This document shows positions 62,520 through 64,000 of a stretch of 64,000 nt of DNA, piece after piece. The stretch spans positions 32,001 to 96,000 of the forward strand of contig CAVVMW010000030.1 in assembly GCA_963749495.1 (NCBI GenBank), given 5' to 3'. The number at the start of each line of letters is the position of its first letter. Position 1 is the stretch's first letter. A program made the translations under genes and the position numbers. Source of the DNA: an uncultured bacterium (GTDB lineage: Bacteria > Verrucomicrobiota > Verrucomicrobiia > Limisphaerales > UBA8199). The notes beneath the pieces are model-generated. The model saw only the letters and a program-made list of their open reading frames with translations. It did not search any database and was not told the origin of the DNA.

Positions 62520-62735
62520 TCAATAGCCTTCCCGAAGCAGATAATAGACCGCGGCCATTATTCCGCCGCAGAGCAGTGACATCAGGAGGGCCGAGCCGAT
62601 AAAGTAGGAAAAGGCCATCATCAGGACCCCGCCCACCATGGGGAGCCACGAACCCTGCTTCTTGCCATAAATGAAATAGCCCAACCCGACCGATCCCCAG
62701 AACAGCGAGGCGAGAAGGAAATTCGCGTCAAACAT
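62520..62735 (-). CDS. Small membrane protein
   Basis: LFWGSVGLGYFIYGKKQ…GGVLMMAFSYF. Confidence 0.8.
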   Translation of the reverse strand: MFDANFLLASLFWGSVGLGYFIYGKKQGSWLPMVGGVLMMAFSYFIGSALLMSLLCGGIMAAVYYLLREGY

Positions 62736-62825
62736 GCGTCATCACCGAACAAGCGATTCTACAGCAGCAACCGTTCCAGGGAGAATGTCAAAAGCGCGCT
62801 CCAGGGCAACCGGAAAAGGCAACCG

Positions 62826-62961
62826 TTCAGGTGGGGACGCGTGGGGCAGACCTCCGGTCTGCCGGTTGGAGGGGCCTCCGGCCCCGAGCCTCGCAACCGC
62901 AAGGGACACGGAGCCGGAGGCTCCGTGAACCGGCAGACCAGAGGTCTGCCCCACACCTGAA
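62826..62961. repeat. REP/MITE-like 136-bp palindromic element, copy 2
   Basis: Reverse-complement homolog of 56406-56541. Confidence 0.88.
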
Positions 62962-63026
62962 CAGTTACACGGAAAATCATGCCCGTCGGACTTGAGATCG
63001 AGATGAGGGTATGGTATTAGAAAACC

Positions 63027-63266
63027 ATGAAGACACTTCTGCTGTCGGTGATGTTGTTTGCCTTTGCGGTCGCGGCCCAGGCTGGGGACCCCAACGCGTG
63101 CAGCATGGGCTGCTGCCAGGGCGCCAAGGGCATGAGCGAACAGGCCTCCTGCTGCTCGAAGGGCAAGGCGGAGCAGACGAAGTCCAAGTCAAAGGCCAAC
63201 TCGACAAACACTGTCGCCAAGCGGCAGTTGGCCAGTCCCAAGGCCATCTCTCTGGCCTGCAGGTAA
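63027..63266 (+). CDS. Small secreted Cys-rich protein
   Basis: Signal peptide (…AVAAQAG), CC pairs, C-terminal SPKA. Confidence 0.7.
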   Translation: MKTLLLSVMLFAFAVAAQAGDPNACSMGCCQGAKGMSEQASCCSKGKAEQTKSKSKANSTNTVAKRQLASPKAISLACR

Positions 63267-63273
63267 TCTCGGG

Positions 63274-64000
63274 TCAGCTTTCCGTGCTGCGGATGGCGTT
63301 GGCCAGGCCGGCCAGGTGGTGTTCGAGGGTGAAGTTGCCCAGGAAGATGTCGCGGAGGCCCACGCCGGTGGCGTCGGTGAGCGCGGCCTGGAGGCGCTGG
63401 GCGATTTGGCCGGGGGCGCGGATGTTGACGAACCCCGGGTAATCGTGGGGCAGGAGTTCGGGGATCGAGCGCCAGCGGGTGGTGATGACCGGCAGGCCAA
63501 AGGCCATGGCCTCGACCAGGACCAGCCCGAAGCTCTCGGCGTAATAATAGGTGGGAAAGCAGAAACAATCGCTTTGGGCCAGGACGCGCTCTTTGGCCGG
63601 GCCATAGACGAAACCGGCGTAGCTCACGCACGAGGCCAGTTCCGCAGGATTGGGGATTCCAAAGTGGCGGGTCTGGGGCAGGCGCAGGTTGGGCTGGGCC
63701 AGGCGTTTCTGGAATTCCTCGCGTTCGGCCAGGTTCATGAAATCGCCGGCCACAGTCAAGTGGATCAGGATCGGCGAATCGGCCTGGGCCAGCGCGCGGT
63801 TGGCCAGGGCGACCGCCTCGATCGTGTCGAAGAGGCCCTTCTCACGCGTGCAATGGGCCAGGTAAAGCACCTCGAACAGATGCGGGTCGCCGCCGCTCGA
63901 TTCGAGGTCAGCCGGGCAAAGCTGCGCCCCGGACAAGAGCTTCTGCCGGGCCGCCAGCCGGGCCTTGTGGCGCGGCAGCACCTCCGTGGCGAAGCCCGGG
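63274..64000 (-). CDS. Glycosyltransferase family 4, 5' partial
   Basis: REKGLFD, FCFPTYYYAESFGLVLVEAMAFGLPVITT. Confidence 0.92.
   Translation of the reverse strand, partial: PGFATEVLPRHKARLAARQKLLSGAQLCPADLESSGGDPHLFEVLYLAHCTREKGLFDTIEAVALANRALAQADSPILIHLTVAGDFMNLAEREEFQKRLAQPNLRLPQTRHFGIPNPAELASCVSYAGFVYGPAKERVLAQSDCFCFPTYYYAESFGLVLVEAMAFGLPVITTRWRSIPELLPHDYPGFVNIRAPGQIAQRLQAALTDATGVGLRDIFLGNFTLEHHLAGLANAIRSTES

Overview
GC-rich bacterial accessory region, most likely Verrucomicrobiota (Pedosphaera/Limisphaera-like). This is inferred from the prepilin/DUF1559-type protein, membrane-anchored ECF sigma fusions, repeat-rich secreted proteins and REP styles. About 25 genes look intact: pirin, WrbA-like flavodoxin, DUF362, a GH20-like hydrolase, an esterase, NHL/RCC1/delta-60 surface proteins, M48 peptidase, ADP-ribosylglycohydrolase, CAAX protease, an ECF sigma fusion, a YtrA-type GntR-ABC operon, Uma2 and GT4. 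Between them lie many truncated, internally deleted or chimeric gene pieces, several joined at short microhomologies. Diverged fragments of the same few genes recur: RecD2 helicase x5, an EEP-fold gene x6 and an MFS transporter x2. Highlights: (1) a nested IS cluster at 44.6-49.1 kb where two unrelated transposases (IS1380 and IS5-like) each have a homologous, divergently oriented AbrB-like small gene across a 22-23 bp palindromic spacer, and the IS1380 is inserted into the other element's AbrB-like gene; (2) a short prokaryotic Argonaute MID-PIWI fragment fused in frame to a surface-protein fragment; (3) a shared C-terminal domain ending in an RFYR-like motif on six secreted proteins; (4) a duplicated, possibly structured ~160-nt leader. 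No rRNA, tRNA or CRISPR array was seen. All family calls come from motif recognition by eye; no searches were run.
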